64,000 nucleotides of DNA. Source: Candidatus Hadarchaeales archaeon (GTDB lineage Archaea; Hadarchaeota; Hadarchaeia; Hadarchaeales; WYZ-LMO6). Position numbers and translations under genes: made by a program. Below the pieces are notes generated by a model. The model had not been told where the DNA came from, ran no database searches, and saw only the letters and a list, made by a program, of their open reading frames with translations. The stretch is from contig JAWCKR010000003.1 of assembly GCA_038851755.1 (NCBI GenBank), forward strand, positions 44,345 through 108,344. Direction: 5' to 3'. Below, piece after piece: positions 19,823-29,311 of the stretch (positions are counted from its first letter, which is position 1; each line of letters opens with the position of its first letter).

Positions 19823-20500
19823 TCAGACCCTGAAACCGTAGATGAGGATGAGCAGGAGGTGGCTGGCCTCCTCCGCCTGGTCCGAGATGTCCCCTATCCC
19901 GTGGATGACCTGGTCGAGCTGCATGACGGTGACGGGGTCGAGGCCCTTTTCCTTCTCGTACAGGTCCACGATCAGTCCCTGCTCTATAAGGTCCGACTCG
20001 TGTTCCCTCCTCCCCACCTCCTTGGCCTGGGCCTCCGCCAGGTCCATGTTGGAGGTGAGGGTCTTCACGGAGGAGGAGAGGGCCTCAGCGCAGCGCGTCG
20101 CCAGCTCCCCCATCTTCACCATTCCCTCCCTCAGCCTCTCCATCTTCCTTCCCGCCTTCTTCATCACCCTCCAGGTCCGCTCCCGGCTCAGGATGGTCCT
20201 GCTCACCTCCTCCGTCACGTCCGCCACGTTGTCCAGCTGGGAGCCCAGTCTGGCCAGATCCCCTCTGTAGGCGGGCAGGAAGGCCCCGCCAGCCAGGGCT
20301 CGGTTGAACTTGCCCAGCCTGTCGTCAGCCTGGCTCTCCAGAAGGGTGACCTCCCTCCCCAGGCAGCAGGCCTTTTCCCACTCGAAGGAGGAGAGGGCCT
20401 GGACCAGCTCCTCGAACTTCCTCACCACCCCCAGCACCGCCTCGGAGTGAAGCCCGAGCAGCCTGAGCGCTTCCCTCTCCTTCCCCTTCCACATCCTCAT
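19823..20500 (-). CDS. DUF47/PhoU-like phosphate transport accessory protein
   Basis: Repeated E..AD, D.VAD..E and GDISDQAEE helices; adjacent to the PiT gene. Confidence 0.85.
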   Translation of the reverse strand: MRMWKGKEREALRLLGLHSEAVLGVVRKFEELVQALSSFEWEKACCLGREVTLLESQADDRLGKFNRALAGGAFLPAYRGDLARLGSQLDNVADVTEEVSRTILSRERTWRVMKKAGRKMERLREGMVKMGELATRCAEALSSSVKTLTSNMDLAEAQAKEVGRREHESDLIEQGLIVDLYEKEKGLDPVTVMQLDQVIHGIGDISDQAEEASHLLLILIYGFRV

Positions 20501-21000
20501 CCCCCCGTCCTCTCCCCCACCTTCCTCAGCTCGGAGCCGCAGACGGAGCAGCGCAGGATCCTCACGGAGTACTTCCTCCCGCAGGCAGGGCAGACCTTCG
20601 ACCACTTCAGCACCCTCCTTATCCCAGGCATCAGCAGTCCCCGGTGCGCAATCTTCATCAAGCTGGCCACGTTCTGGATGCCGTAGTCGTCCGTGACCAC
20701 CTCCACCTCCTTTCCACTCTTCCTCAGCGAGAGGGCCAGGGCGAGAAGTTCCAGGTCCGTCCCAGAGAGTCTGTCCCCAGTTTTACCGGCCAGCCTCTCC
20801 GCTTCCTTCCTCTCCCCGACAGGTGGTTCCAGGATCCTGACCTTCTTCTCCAGCAGGCCCACCTCCAGCCTGGAACGGGAGAGCCCTTCCCTGAGTTCCT
20901 CCAGAACCGAGGGCACGGTCACCTGCTCGGCCTCCTCCTTCCCTGGGGAGAAGCCGCCTATCAGAGCGGAGGTGTCCAGAACGTACACCTTCCTCACCAT
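20497..21000 (-). CDS. nob1: Nob1-like PIN endonuclease with zinc ribbon
   Basis: VLDTSA, LSGTD, TDDYGIQNVA and CPACG...CSVCG motifs. Confidence 0.92.
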   Translation of the reverse strand: MVRKVYVLDTSALIGGFSPGKEEAEQVTVPSVLEELREGLSRSRLEVGLLEKKVRILEPPVGERKEAERLAGKTGDRLSGTDLELLALALSLRKSGKEVEVVTDDYGIQNVASLMKIAHRGLLMPGIRRVLKWSKVCPACGRKYSVRILRCSVCGSELRKVGERTGG

Positions 21001-21806
21001 ATCTTCTCCCTCAGCCTCTCGTAAAAGTTACCCCTCCACCTCAGGAAGGAGACGGGCCTCTCCGACTTGAAGAAGAGGATCCTCTCCCCCAGCTCCACCT
21101 CTCTAGCGAACTGCCCGTCCACCACGACCGAGGCGTGGTTGTCCGCCCTCGTCACCTCCACCTCCACCTTTCTATGGCTGGGGATGACCATGGGTGGCAG
21201 GGGCGGGGAGGTGCAGAAGGGGTTGACTATGAGCGCCTCCAGCCCGGGTTCCACCACCGGCCCGCCCGCGGAGAGGGAGTGGCCCGTGCTTCCCGTGGGG
21301 GTGGCCACCACGAGCCCGTCCCCCCTGGCCTCGTAGAGGGTTTTCCCCTCCAGCAGCACCTTGAAGGAGATGGACTTCCCAGGTCTGAGCCAGGTGAGGC
21401 AGGCGTCGTTGATGGCATCGGGGAGCCTCTCCCCTCCCACCTTGGTGGCCAGCGCCATCCTTCCCTCCACCTCCAGCTTCCCCGCCACCATCCTCTTGAC
21501 GGCCTCCTCGGCTTCAGAGGGGGGGACCTCGGCCAGGAAGCCCCTCCTCCCCATGTGGACTCCCAGCAGGGGGAGGTGTGGGGCGAGCAAGTGGGCACCC
21601 AGCAGGGTACCGTCCCCCCCCACGGTGAGGAGGGCCTCCACCTCCATCTCCCCCACCTCCTCTCCCTTCTCTCCCAGCCTCTCGGCCAGCTTCTTCTCGA
21701 GCACCATGGACCCCCTGGGCGCGGCCTTCAGTAGCTTGCGGACGAGCTCCAGAGCGGGAGGAAGGTCGAGACGGGCCACCACCCCCACCCTCATCTTCGT
21801 CATCAC
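20994..21806 (-). CDS. nadK: NAD kinase
   Basis: GGDGT and DGLVVATPTGSTGHSLSAGGP motifs. Confidence 0.93.
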   Translation of the reverse strand: MMTKMRVGVVARLDLPPALELVRKLLKAAPRGSMVLEKKLAERLGEKGEEVGEMEVEALLTVGGDGTLLGAHLLAPHLPLLGVHMGRRGFLAEVPPSEAEEAVKRMVAGKLEVEGRMALATKVGGERLPDAINDACLTWLRPGKSISFKVLLEGKTLYEARGDGLVVATPTGSTGHSLSAGGPVVEPGLEALIVNPFCTSPPLPPMVIPSHRKVEVEVTRADNHASVVVDGQFAREVELGERILFFKSERPVSFLRWRGNFYERLREKIW

Positions 21807-21913
21807 CTTACTCGGGGGAGGGCTCTTTTAACCCCACCGAAGGGAGCTCCGGCCTCCGGGGGCGCGGGAATCAAAAACCTCTTTAAAGGAGGCGGCTTAG
21901 TTAGTAGAACTCC

Positions 21914-22300
21914 ATGAAAGAGGTGGTAGAAGTAGGGAAGCTCAGGGAGGGCAGGTTCATCATCATAGACGGGGAGCCCTGCAGGATCGTGGGCTACAGC
22001 ACCTCCGCCCCGGGCAAGCACGGGCACGCGAAGGCCAAGATAGATGCCATCAGCTTCTTCGACGGCCAGAAGAGGACGGTGATAAAGCCCACCAGCGCGA
22101 AGGTGGAGGTCCCCATCGTGAAGAGGGGGAACGCCCAGGTGCTGGCGGTGGTGAAGAACAGCGCCCAGCTCATGGACCTCACCACCTACGAGACCTTCGA
22201 GCTCCCCATCCCCATAGAGCTGAGGGGGGACATCAAGGAGGGTGCGGAGGTCGAGTACATCGAGGCCCTGGGAAGGCGCAAGATAGAGAGGGTAAAGTAG
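21914..22300 (+). CDS. eif5a: Translation factor aIF-5A
   Basis: Hypusine site SAPGKHGHAK. Confidence 0.96.
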   Translation: MKEVVEVGKLREGRFIIIDGEPCRIVGYSTSAPGKHGHAKAKIDAISFFDGQKRTVIKPTSAKVEVPIVKRGNAQVLAVVKNSAQLMDLTTYETFELPIPIELRGDIKEGAEVEYIEALGRRKIERVK

Positions 22301-22335
22301 TCTTTTAGCGTTGCAACCCCATCCGGTCTGAGAGC

Positions 22336-23910
22336 TTGAAGTTTGAGGTGGAGAGGATAAAGGCCCAGGCCGAGGAGGACTTCGAGAGGGCCTGGAGGGA
22401 GAGCGGGAAGCTCCTGAGGGAGGGAAAGGGGAAACACCGTCACGCCCAAAAGACCAGGACCCACCCCCTCATGGACCTGCTGGTGGAGGTGAGGAAGGTG
22501 CTCTTGGAGGAGGGGTTCACCGAGGTGGTCCTCCCCATGCTCGTGGACTCAGCGGAGGTGGTGAAGCAGTACGGACCAGAGGCCCTGGTGATCCTGGACA
22601 GGGTCTTTTTCCTGGCGGGGCTGGAGAGGCCTGACATAGGCATGAGCAGGAAGGAGAGGGAGGCCGTGCTGAAGCTGGTCCCCGGGTTCAGCAGGTTCGA
22701 GGAGCTCCAGTCCATCCTCCGCAGGTACAAGAAGGGGGAGGTGAGCGCCGACGACCTGCTGGAGGTGATGGTGAGGGAGCTGGGGCTCTCTGAGGAGGAG
22801 GCCTCGGGGATCGTCCAGGGGATCTTCCCCCAGTTCAAGGAGATGAGGCCCGTTCCCTCCACCCTCTCCCTCCGCTCCCACACCACCTCCCTCTGGTTCC
22901 CTGCCCTGGCGGAGTTCCTGAGGAGGGAGCCCCTGCCCATCCAGCTCTTCTCCATAGGGCCGAAGTTCAGGAGGGAGCAGAGGCTGGACAGGACCCACCT
23001 CTACGAGTCCTGGACCGCCTCGCTGGTGGAGATGGACGAGGACCTCTCCCTGGAGGACGGGAAGGAGGTCACCAGGAGGATCTTCAGGAGGCTGGGCTTC
23101 GGGGAGGTCGAGTTCAGGACGAAGAGGGCCACCTCCAAGTACTACGCCCCCGGGATGGAGTTCGAGGTCTTCCTCACCTCCAGGGGTGAGGAGGTGGAGG
23201 TGGCGGACGGGGGGATGTACAGCCCCGTGGCCCTCAGCCGGTACGGCATCCCCTACCCGGTGTTCAACCTGGGGATAGGGCTGGAGAGGCTTCTGATGAT
23301 CAGGACGGGGGAGGACGACGTGAGGAGGCTGGTCTACCCCTATTTCTACGCTGAGCCCTCCTTCTCCGACCGGGAGCTGGCGGCGATGGTGAGGGTGGGG
23401 GAGCAGCCCTTGACGGAGGAGGGTAGGAGGATAGCGGAGGCCATCCTGGAGGGGGCCAGGAAGCACGCCGATGCCCCCAGCCCCTGCGAGTTCGAGGTCT
23501 ACAGGGGGGAGGTGGGAGGAAGGAGGGTGGTGGTGAAGCTGGTGGAGCCGGAGGAGAAGACGAAGCTCATAGGGCCCGCGGGCTTCAACACCCTCTACGT
23601 CTTCGACGGGAACCTGGTGGGGGTCCCTCCCGAGGGATGGAAGGACGACGAGTTCCTGCGGAGGGTGAGGAGGGAGGGCGTGAACACGGGCATCACCTAC
23701 ATGGGGGCCCTGGCCTCGCTGGCGGCACGCAGGATAGAGGAGGCGGCGGGGGAGGGGAGGCCGGTGAAGGTGAGGGTGAGGAACGTGAAGTCCCCCTCCG
23801 ACATCAACGTGGTGGTGGAGGAGGTGGCCCAGCGCTACCTGACCTCCAGGCAGAAGAAGGTGGACGTGAGGGGTCCCGTGTTCACCACTATCACCGCGGA
23901 GTTCACCTGA
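22336..23910 (+). CDS. sepS: O-phosphoserine--tRNA(Cys) ligase (SepRS)
   Basis: KQYGPEALVILDRVFFLAGLERPDIG, LRSHTTSLWF, FRREQRLD, YSPVALSRYGI and NLGIGLERL motifs. Confidence 0.93.
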   Translation: MKFEVERIKAQAEEDFERAWRESGKLLREGKGKHRHAQKTRTHPLMDLLVEVRKVLLEEGFTEVVLPMLVDSAEVVKQYGPEALVILDRVFFLAGLERPDIGMSRKEREAVLKLVPGFSRFEELQSILRRYKKGEVSADDLLEVMVRELGLSEEEASGIVQGIFPQFKEMRPVPSTLSLRSHTTSLWFPALAEFLRREPLPIQLFSIGPKFRREQRLDRTHLYESWTASLVEMDEDLSLEDGKEVTRRIFRRLGFGEVEFRTKRATSKYYAPGMEFEVFLTSRGEEVEVADGGMYSPVALSRYGIPYPVFNLGIGLERLLMIRTGEDDVRRLVYPYFYAEPSFSDRELAAMVRVGEQPLTEEGRRIAEAILEGARKHADAPSPCEFEVYRGEVGGRRVVVKLVEPEEKTKLIGPAGFNTLYVFDGNLVGVPPEGWKDDEFLRRVRREGVNTGITYMGALASLAARRIEEAAGEGRPVKVRVRNVKSPSDINVVVEEVAQRYLTSRQKKVDVRGPVFTTITAEFT

Positions 23911-23936
23911 GGTTTTAAAGCACGTGGAGAAGTGGA

Positions 23937-25391
23937 GTGAGGGATGAACTGAAGCTTTCCTTCATCGTTCTGCCCGAGAGCTTCTCCCTCCCCCACACCC
24001 TCAGGGACCAGCTCTCCGGGCTTTTCAGGTACTTCCGCACCGGGGAGGTGAGCGCCGGATCTTCCTGGCCTCCCCTGGGTGTGCTCTACCTGGGCACCAT
24101 CCTGCAGGAGGCCGGGTACGAGGTTTCGGTGCTCGACGCCGCCTTGCGGAAATGGGACCTGAAGAGGGTGGAGGACTGGGTGAGGAGGGAAGACCCCGAC
24201 GTGGTGGGCCTGAGCACCTTCACGGGGAACTTCGTGCACGCGGCGGAGCTGGCCCGGAGGATAAAGGAGGCCTCCCCGGACGTGAAGGTGGTCATGGGGG
24301 GCCACCACGTGACCTTCACGGCCGATCGCACCCTGAGGGAGTTCCCCTTCGTGGACCTGGTGGTGAGGGGGGAGGCGGAGGGGACCGTCTTGGGTGTCAT
24401 GAGGGCCCTGGAGGGGAGGAAGGAACTGAAGGAGCTGAGGGGAGTTTCCTACGGAGAGGACGGAAGGGTGGTTCACCTGCCTCCCGCGGATCCCCTCACC
24501 GACCTGGACGCCCTCCCCATGCCCGACAGGAGCCTCATTTTGGACGAGTACCGGGGTACCGTGGGTCCGGTGAGCTTCGGCACGGGAAGGCTCACCACGG
24601 TCATCACTTCCCGCGGCTGTCCCTTCCACTGTACCTTCTGCAGCTGCACGGCTTTCAGGGGCAACCTGTGCAAGTTCAGGTCTCCGGAGAACCTCATGGG
24701 GGAGCTGGAGGTGCTGGCGGGGGAGGGGTACCGGGAAATAGGCATGGTGGACGACAGTTTCTGCCTGGTCCGGAAGAGGGTGGAGAGGATATGCGAGCTC
24801 ATCGAGCAGAGGCACCTGGAGTTCACCTGGTGGTGCGAGAGCAGGGTGGATGCCGTGAGCTACGAGATGTTCCGTACGATGAAGAGGGCGGGTTGCGAGA
24901 CCGTTTTCTTCGGCTTCGAGAGCGGGGTTCAGAGGATCCTGGACTACTATCGGAAGGGAATCACTCCGGAACAGTCCGTCAGGGCCGTGCGTGCGGCCAG
25001 AAAGGCGGGGATGAACACCGTCGGGACCTTCATCGTGGGAGCGCCCACGGAGACCAGGGAGGAAGTTTCGCAGACCCTGAGGTTCGCGGAGAGGCTGGGG
25101 GTGGATGTGGTGGGGATAGGTCCTCTCTGGGTGTACCCTGGCACGCAGGTATGGAGTGAGATGGTCTCCGAGAACAGGGAGCTTGAGGAAAAGTACTGGA
25201 AGACGGGGTTCGCGCCGGTGGAGCTGGGGATGTGCGGGTACTCCGCGGAGTGGCTGGGGGAGGAGATAGGGAGGACCCTGAGGAGGTTTTACCTGAACCC
25301 TCTCTACCTCTCCGGTCAGCTGGTGAGGTGCCTGAGGGACCCCTACAGGAGGAGGGCGGTCTCCGAGAGGATTAGGTCCTGGCTCTGCTAG
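23937..25391 (+). CDS. Cobalamin-binding radical SAM protein
   Basis: N-terminal B12-binding domain (PPLG, GGHHVT) and SRGCPFHCTFC. Confidence 0.9.
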   Translation: MRDELKLSFIVLPESFSLPHTLRDQLSGLFRYFRTGEVSAGSSWPPLGVLYLGTILQEAGYEVSVLDAALRKWDLKRVEDWVRREDPDVVGLSTFTGNFVHAAELARRIKEASPDVKVVMGGHHVTFTADRTLREFPFVDLVVRGEAEGTVLGVMRALEGRKELKELRGVSYGEDGRVVHLPPADPLTDLDALPMPDRSLILDEYRGTVGPVSFGTGRLTTVITSRGCPFHCTFCSCTAFRGNLCKFRSPENLMGELEVLAGEGYREIGMVDDSFCLVRKRVERICELIEQRHLEFTWWCESRVDAVSYEMFRTMKRAGCETVFFGFESGVQRILDYYRKGITPEQSVRAVRAARKAGMNTVGTFIVGAPTETREEVSQTLRFAERLGVDVVGIGPLWVYPGTQVWSEMVSENRELEEKYWKTGFAPVELGMCGYSAEWLGEEIGRTLRRFYLNPLYLSGQLVRCLRDPYRRRAVSERIRSWLC

Positions 25392-25392
25392 G

Positions 25393-26211
25393 TCACCGGA
25401 AGTACCTGCGGAGGCTCTCCATTCCTTTCCTGGCCACCTCCACGGGATGCTCGGGGTCCCAGAGCTCCGCTATGACCATCCCCCTGTAGCCCGCTTCATG
25501 CAGAGAGGAGGAGAGGGAGGAGAAGTCGATTTCCCCTTCACCCGGCACCAGGTGGTCGTCGTCCCCTCCCCTGTTATCGTGCACGTGCAGGTGCAGGAGG
25601 CTTTTTCCCATGGCCCTGATCTGGGAGCGCACGTCGAGCTTCCTTCCCTCAGCCTTCTCCCTCAGGTTGGCGTGCCCCACGTCGTAGGTTATGCCTGCCC
25701 CCACCTCTTCCACCACTTCCCTCAGCTCCGCGGGTGTGGAGAAGGGGCTGGAGGGTGTCATCCCGTTCTCCACGGCCAGCTTCACCCCCACCTCCCTTGC
25801 CCGGGAGGCCAGGGAGCGAAGGAGGGAGAGGCATTTCTGCTTGGTCAGCTCGAAGAACTCCCGGGTGGGCACCCTGCAGGACCCGGTGTGCACCACCACG
25901 ATTTCACCCCCCAGGAGGCTGCAGGCCTCCATCCCTTTCCCGGCCAGCTTTCGGTTGAGCTCGAAGACCTCGGGCAGGTGGCTCACTGGGTTCAGGTCCA
26001 CGAAGCTGGTGTGGACGGAGGGCTCCAGTCCCCTCTCCTCCAGTTCCCTTCTAAGCCTCCTCAGCCTCTCCCGGTCCTCTTCCCACTGGAGGGAAAAGTG
26101 AGGGACCTCGTAGATTACCTCCAGGCACTCGTACCCAAGTTCCTGTACCAGAGGCAGGGCCTCTTCCAGCTTCCCCTTCACGAAGAGCAGGCTGGAGAGT
26201 CCGAGCTTCAT
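25393..26211 (-). CDS. Sugar-phosphate isomerase/epimerase family TIM-barrel protein
   Basis: AVEN, YDVGHA, HLHVHDN and DDHLVPGEG motifs. Confidence 0.88.
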   Translation of the reverse strand: MKLGLSSLLFVKGKLEEALPLVQELGYECLEVIYEVPHFSLQWEEDRERLRRLRRELEERGLEPSVHTSFVDLNPVSHLPEVFELNRKLAGKGMEACSLLGGEIVVVHTGSCRVPTREFFELTKQKCLSLLRSLASRAREVGVKLAVENGMTPSSPFSTPAELREVVEEVGAGITYDVGHANLREKAEGRKLDVRSQIRAMGKSLLHLHVHDNRGGDDDHLVPGEGEIDFSSLSSSLHEAGYRGMVIAELWDPEHPVEVARKGMESLRRYFR

Positions 26212-26454
26212 CTGGAAGGCATCGCTGCCCGGTGCTTAAATAGTATCTTCGGTGGAGGGTGTACTTCCCCGTGCGGGAAGTGGGTACGTGGAAACGGTGG
26301 GGAGGACTCGTGGGGGTGCGAGGTCAGGGCTTGGTTTTTTTCTCGAGAAAACAGGCCCCTCGCCCCCAAAGAACAGGACCAGCCCTCCTATGATGGTCGC
26401 GAAGAGGCCGCTCCCGACCTCGATCTCTATTCCACGGTTGCCGGGATTTGCGGG

Positions 26455-27621
26455 TCAGAAACGCTTGGGGATTTCCTTGGGCCATCTGCTGAAGAGGAGG
26501 GAGGAGAGGGGGGCCCCGAGGAGGAAGAGCAGGAAGGAGGCCCACATCACCGAGGGAGGGGAGAGGGAGTACAGGTAGCCCCCCGCCGCGGTTCCCACCG
26601 AGGAGCCCAGGTAGAAGGAGAGGTCCACGAAGGCCTCCGCCCTCCCCCTCTGGGGTTGGGGGGTGAGGAGGGCCACCGAGCCCCTCTCCACCCCGTAGGT
26701 GAGGGAGCCACACAGGTTGATGATGATCAGGGAGAGGAAAATCCATGGGACGGAGCGGGTGAGGACGAGGAGGGGGGAGAGGCTCTCCACGAGGAGCAGG
26801 TGGCTGTAGAGGAAGGAGGGTGGTACCCGGCTGAGCCTCCGGCTGAGGGGGAGGGCCAGGGGATAGGCGAGGGAGGAGAGGGCCACGGCCAGCCCGAACT
26901 CCGTGAAGCTCATCAGCCCCAGGTCCCTCACCGCGTACAGCACCAGGAAGAAGTTGAACATGGCGAGGGCGCTGATGAGGAGGAAGACCCGCAGGAGGAT
27001 CAGGCCCTTCAGCAGGCGGTGGAGGGAGAGGAAGTCCCTCAAGGGGTTCCAGGTCATCCTTCCCCCCCTCCGCAGGGTCTCGGTGAGCGCCAGGAACCTC
27101 GCCGCAGCCACGGCCAGGGTCACGGCTCCCCCCATCAGGAAGGCGGTTCTGAGCCCTGGGAGGCCCCACGCGTCCCTCATCACTCCGCCCAGCACGGGGG
27201 AGAGGGAGTAGGGAAGGTGCTCGGCCACCACGGCCAGGGTGAACACTCCCAGGAAACCCCTCCTGGCGGAGTCCATGATCATCGCGTTGAAGGCCGGCAC
27301 GTAGAAGTAGGCGGCCCCCTCCAGCAGGGCGGCCAGCACGAGGTCGAAGGTACTGCGGGCCAGAGAGTAGAGGAGGAGGGAGAGGCCGAGCAGGACGGTG
27401 CCCCACACGATGGGCCTCTTCCTGCCAAACCTATCGGCCGCCAGCCCCCCTGCCAGGAAGGAGAGGACGCAGGTGAGGCTGCGCAGGGAGCTGATCATCC
27501 CCGCGAGCAGAGGGTTTCCCGTGAGGGAGTAGGCGTACTCGGAGAAGTAGGGGTAGGCCAGACCCATGGAGAAGCTCACGGCGGCGGCGGAGAGGAGGAG
27601 GGTCCTGATGTTACTCCTCAT
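26455..27621 (-). CDS. MFS transporter
   Basis: Motif A GLAADRFGRKR; about 12 hydrophobic helices. Confidence 0.9.
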   Translation of the reverse strand: MRSNIRTLLLSAAAVSFSMGLAYPYFSEYAYSLTGNPLLAGMISSLRSLTCVLSFLAGGLAADRFGRKRPIVWGTVLLGLSLLLYSLARSTFDLVLAALLEGAAYFYVPAFNAMIMDSARRGFLGVFTLAVVAEHLPYSLSPVLGGVMRDAWGLPGLRTAFLMGGAVTLAVAAARFLALTETLRRGGRMTWNPLRDFLSLHRLLKGLILLRVFLLISALAMFNFFLVLYAVRDLGLMSFTEFGLAVALSSLAYPLALPLSRRLSRVPPSFLYSHLLLVESLSPLLVLTRSVPWIFLSLIIINLCGSLTYGVERGSVALLTPQPQRGRAEAFVDLSFYLGSSVGTAAGGYLYSLSPPSVMWASFLLFLLGAPLSSLLFSRWPKEIPKRF

Positions 27622-28814
27622 CTTCTCACCAGGCGGAGGAGGAAGGGAAGGGAGAGGAGTTCTGCCGTGACCGAGAAGGAGACCAGCAGGAGGGGGGAGG
27701 GGTAGAGCAGGCCCATCAGGGCGTTGCCAGCGAAGCCCGAGAGCCCGTAGAGGGAGGAGAAGAGGCCGTAGGCGGTGCCCCTCTTACCCGAGGGGACCAT
27801 CTCACCCACGGCGGCCCTCATCACGGTCTCCTGCGTGCCCATGGCTGCTCCCCAGAAGAGCACGCCTAGGAGGCACGCCCCCCTTCCTCCCCACAGGAAG
27901 GTCAAGGGGGTGATGGGGAGGGAGAGGAGGGGGATGAGGAGGAGGGAGGAGAGGCCCCTCCGGTCGTAGGTCCTTCCCGCCCAGAGGGCCAGGAGGGCGT
28001 CCGTGCCCATGGCTAGGGCGTACAGGAGGGGGACCTCGGCTTCTGAGAAGGAGGAGGTGAGACGGTAGGCCAGAAGGGGGAAGGTCAGGAAGCCGCAGGT
28101 GGAGAGGATCACGAAGAGGAGGTAGAGCCTGAAGCCTTCCTTGACCTCTTCCCTTCCCCTCTCCCTCTCCAGCCTCGAGGGGTGCGGGTAGAGCCTCCAG
28201 CTCAGGAGAAGGAAGACCAGCAGCAGGGAGGCCGGGAGGAAGAGGAAGGAGAAGGCTTCCCTGTAGCTCCTGAGGGAGAGCAGCAGGGCGAGGAGGAGGG
28301 GCCCGATCACCGCTCCCACCTGGTCCAGGGCCTCGTGCAGGGCGAAGCCCCATCCCCTTCCCACCCTGGAGGCCGCGTGGGAGAGCATGGCGTCCCTGGA
28401 AGGGGTCCTCACGGCTTTCCCCATCCTCTCCACCAGGAGGAGGAAGACGGCCAGCTCCCAGGAGCCCACCAGGAATAAGAACGGGAGGGAGAGGAGGGCC
28501 AGGTAGCCCGCGAGCGTGAGGGGCCAGTAACCTCCCCAGCGGTCGGAGAGGTAGCCTGAGAGGGGACGTAGGCCGTACCCCAGGAACTCGCCCAGGCCGG
28601 AGGCCGCCCCCACCACGGCGGCGCTCGCCCCCAGGGAGGCCAGGAAGGGACCGGCCACGCCCCTGACCCCCTCGTAGACGATGTCCCCCAGCAGGCTCAC
28701 CACTCCCAGCAGGAGGATGAACCTCAGGGCCCTCTCTTTGGCTTCTGGCACTTTTCTCCTTTCCCTAGCCGGTATAGGAGCTTTTTCCCAAGCCCATTCG
28801 AAAGCACTTTTCAA
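27618..28814 (-). CDS. MFS transporter
   Basis: GYLSDRWG, ERMGKAVRTPSRD and DQVGAVIGP motifs; start uncertain. Confidence 0.9.
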   Translation of the reverse strand: MKSAFEWAWEKAPIPARERRKVPEAKERALRFILLLGVVSLLGDIVYEGVRGVAGPFLASLGASAAVVGAASGLGEFLGYGLRPLSGYLSDRWGGYWPLTLAGYLALLSLPFLFLVGSWELAVFLLLVERMGKAVRTPSRDAMLSHAASRVGRGWGFALHEALDQVGAVIGPLLLALLLSLRSYREAFSFLFLPASLLLVFLLLSWRLYPHPSRLERERGREEVKEGFRLYLLFVILSTCGFLTFPLLAYRLTSSFSEAEVPLLYALAMGTDALLALWAGRTYDRRGLSSLLLIPLLSLPITPLTFLWGGRGACLLGVLFWGAAMGTQETVMRAAVGEMVPSGKRGTAYGLFSSLYGLSGFAGNALMGLLYPSPLLLVSFSVTAELLSLPFLLRLVRR

Positions 28815-28935
28815 GTCTTAAGCCTAGAATTAAAGCAGCGAGAGGCCCAGAATCCGGCAGTTGCGCTGGGCTGAAAGGTGTGAAAATCCCAAATGAATAA
28901 ATAATCATGAAGAGTGTTTGAGAAGAGGTTGGGTC

Positions 28936-29311
28936 ATGAGGAAGGAGGTTTACTACTGGATGGAGCAGGCTAAGGCGGACTTCAAGAGTGCGGTTGACCT
29001 GTTGAAATCAAAAAATTTTTATGCTTCGGTGTTTTTTTCCAACCAGAGCGCCGAGAAATCACTGAAAGCACTCTACCTCAAGGAAAAAAAGAAGAGTGTC
29101 AGAACTCACAATCTCGTTTTTCTCGCGAGGGAGTTGAAAGCACCTGAGGACATTGTTAACCACTGCGCCGAACTGACGCCAGACTACCTCACCACGCGGT
29201 ATCCCGATGCCGCCACCGGGCCACCTTTCGAGAGCTATACTAAGCGCCAGGAGACATCTCGGGATGGCTGAGGAGGTGTTGAGGTGGGTGGAGAGGAGAA
29301 TGAAGAAGTAA
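28936..29311 (+). pseudogene. HEPN-domain protein with a frameshift in the last helix
   Basis: QSAEKSLKA, RTHNL and TRYPDA motifs; in-frame stop at 29271, while the expected tail GMAEEVLRWVERRMKK* lies in another frame ending 29311. Confidence 0.8.

Noticed and set aside
21914-22300. Genome-wide TAG recoding
   Set aside because: aIF5A, dys and rpl37e end at TAG at their expected lengths; no pyl genes in the window
26250-26455. RNase P or SRP RNA in the gap
   Set aside because: Conserved GAGGAAAGUCC and SRP helix 8 motifs not found on either strand
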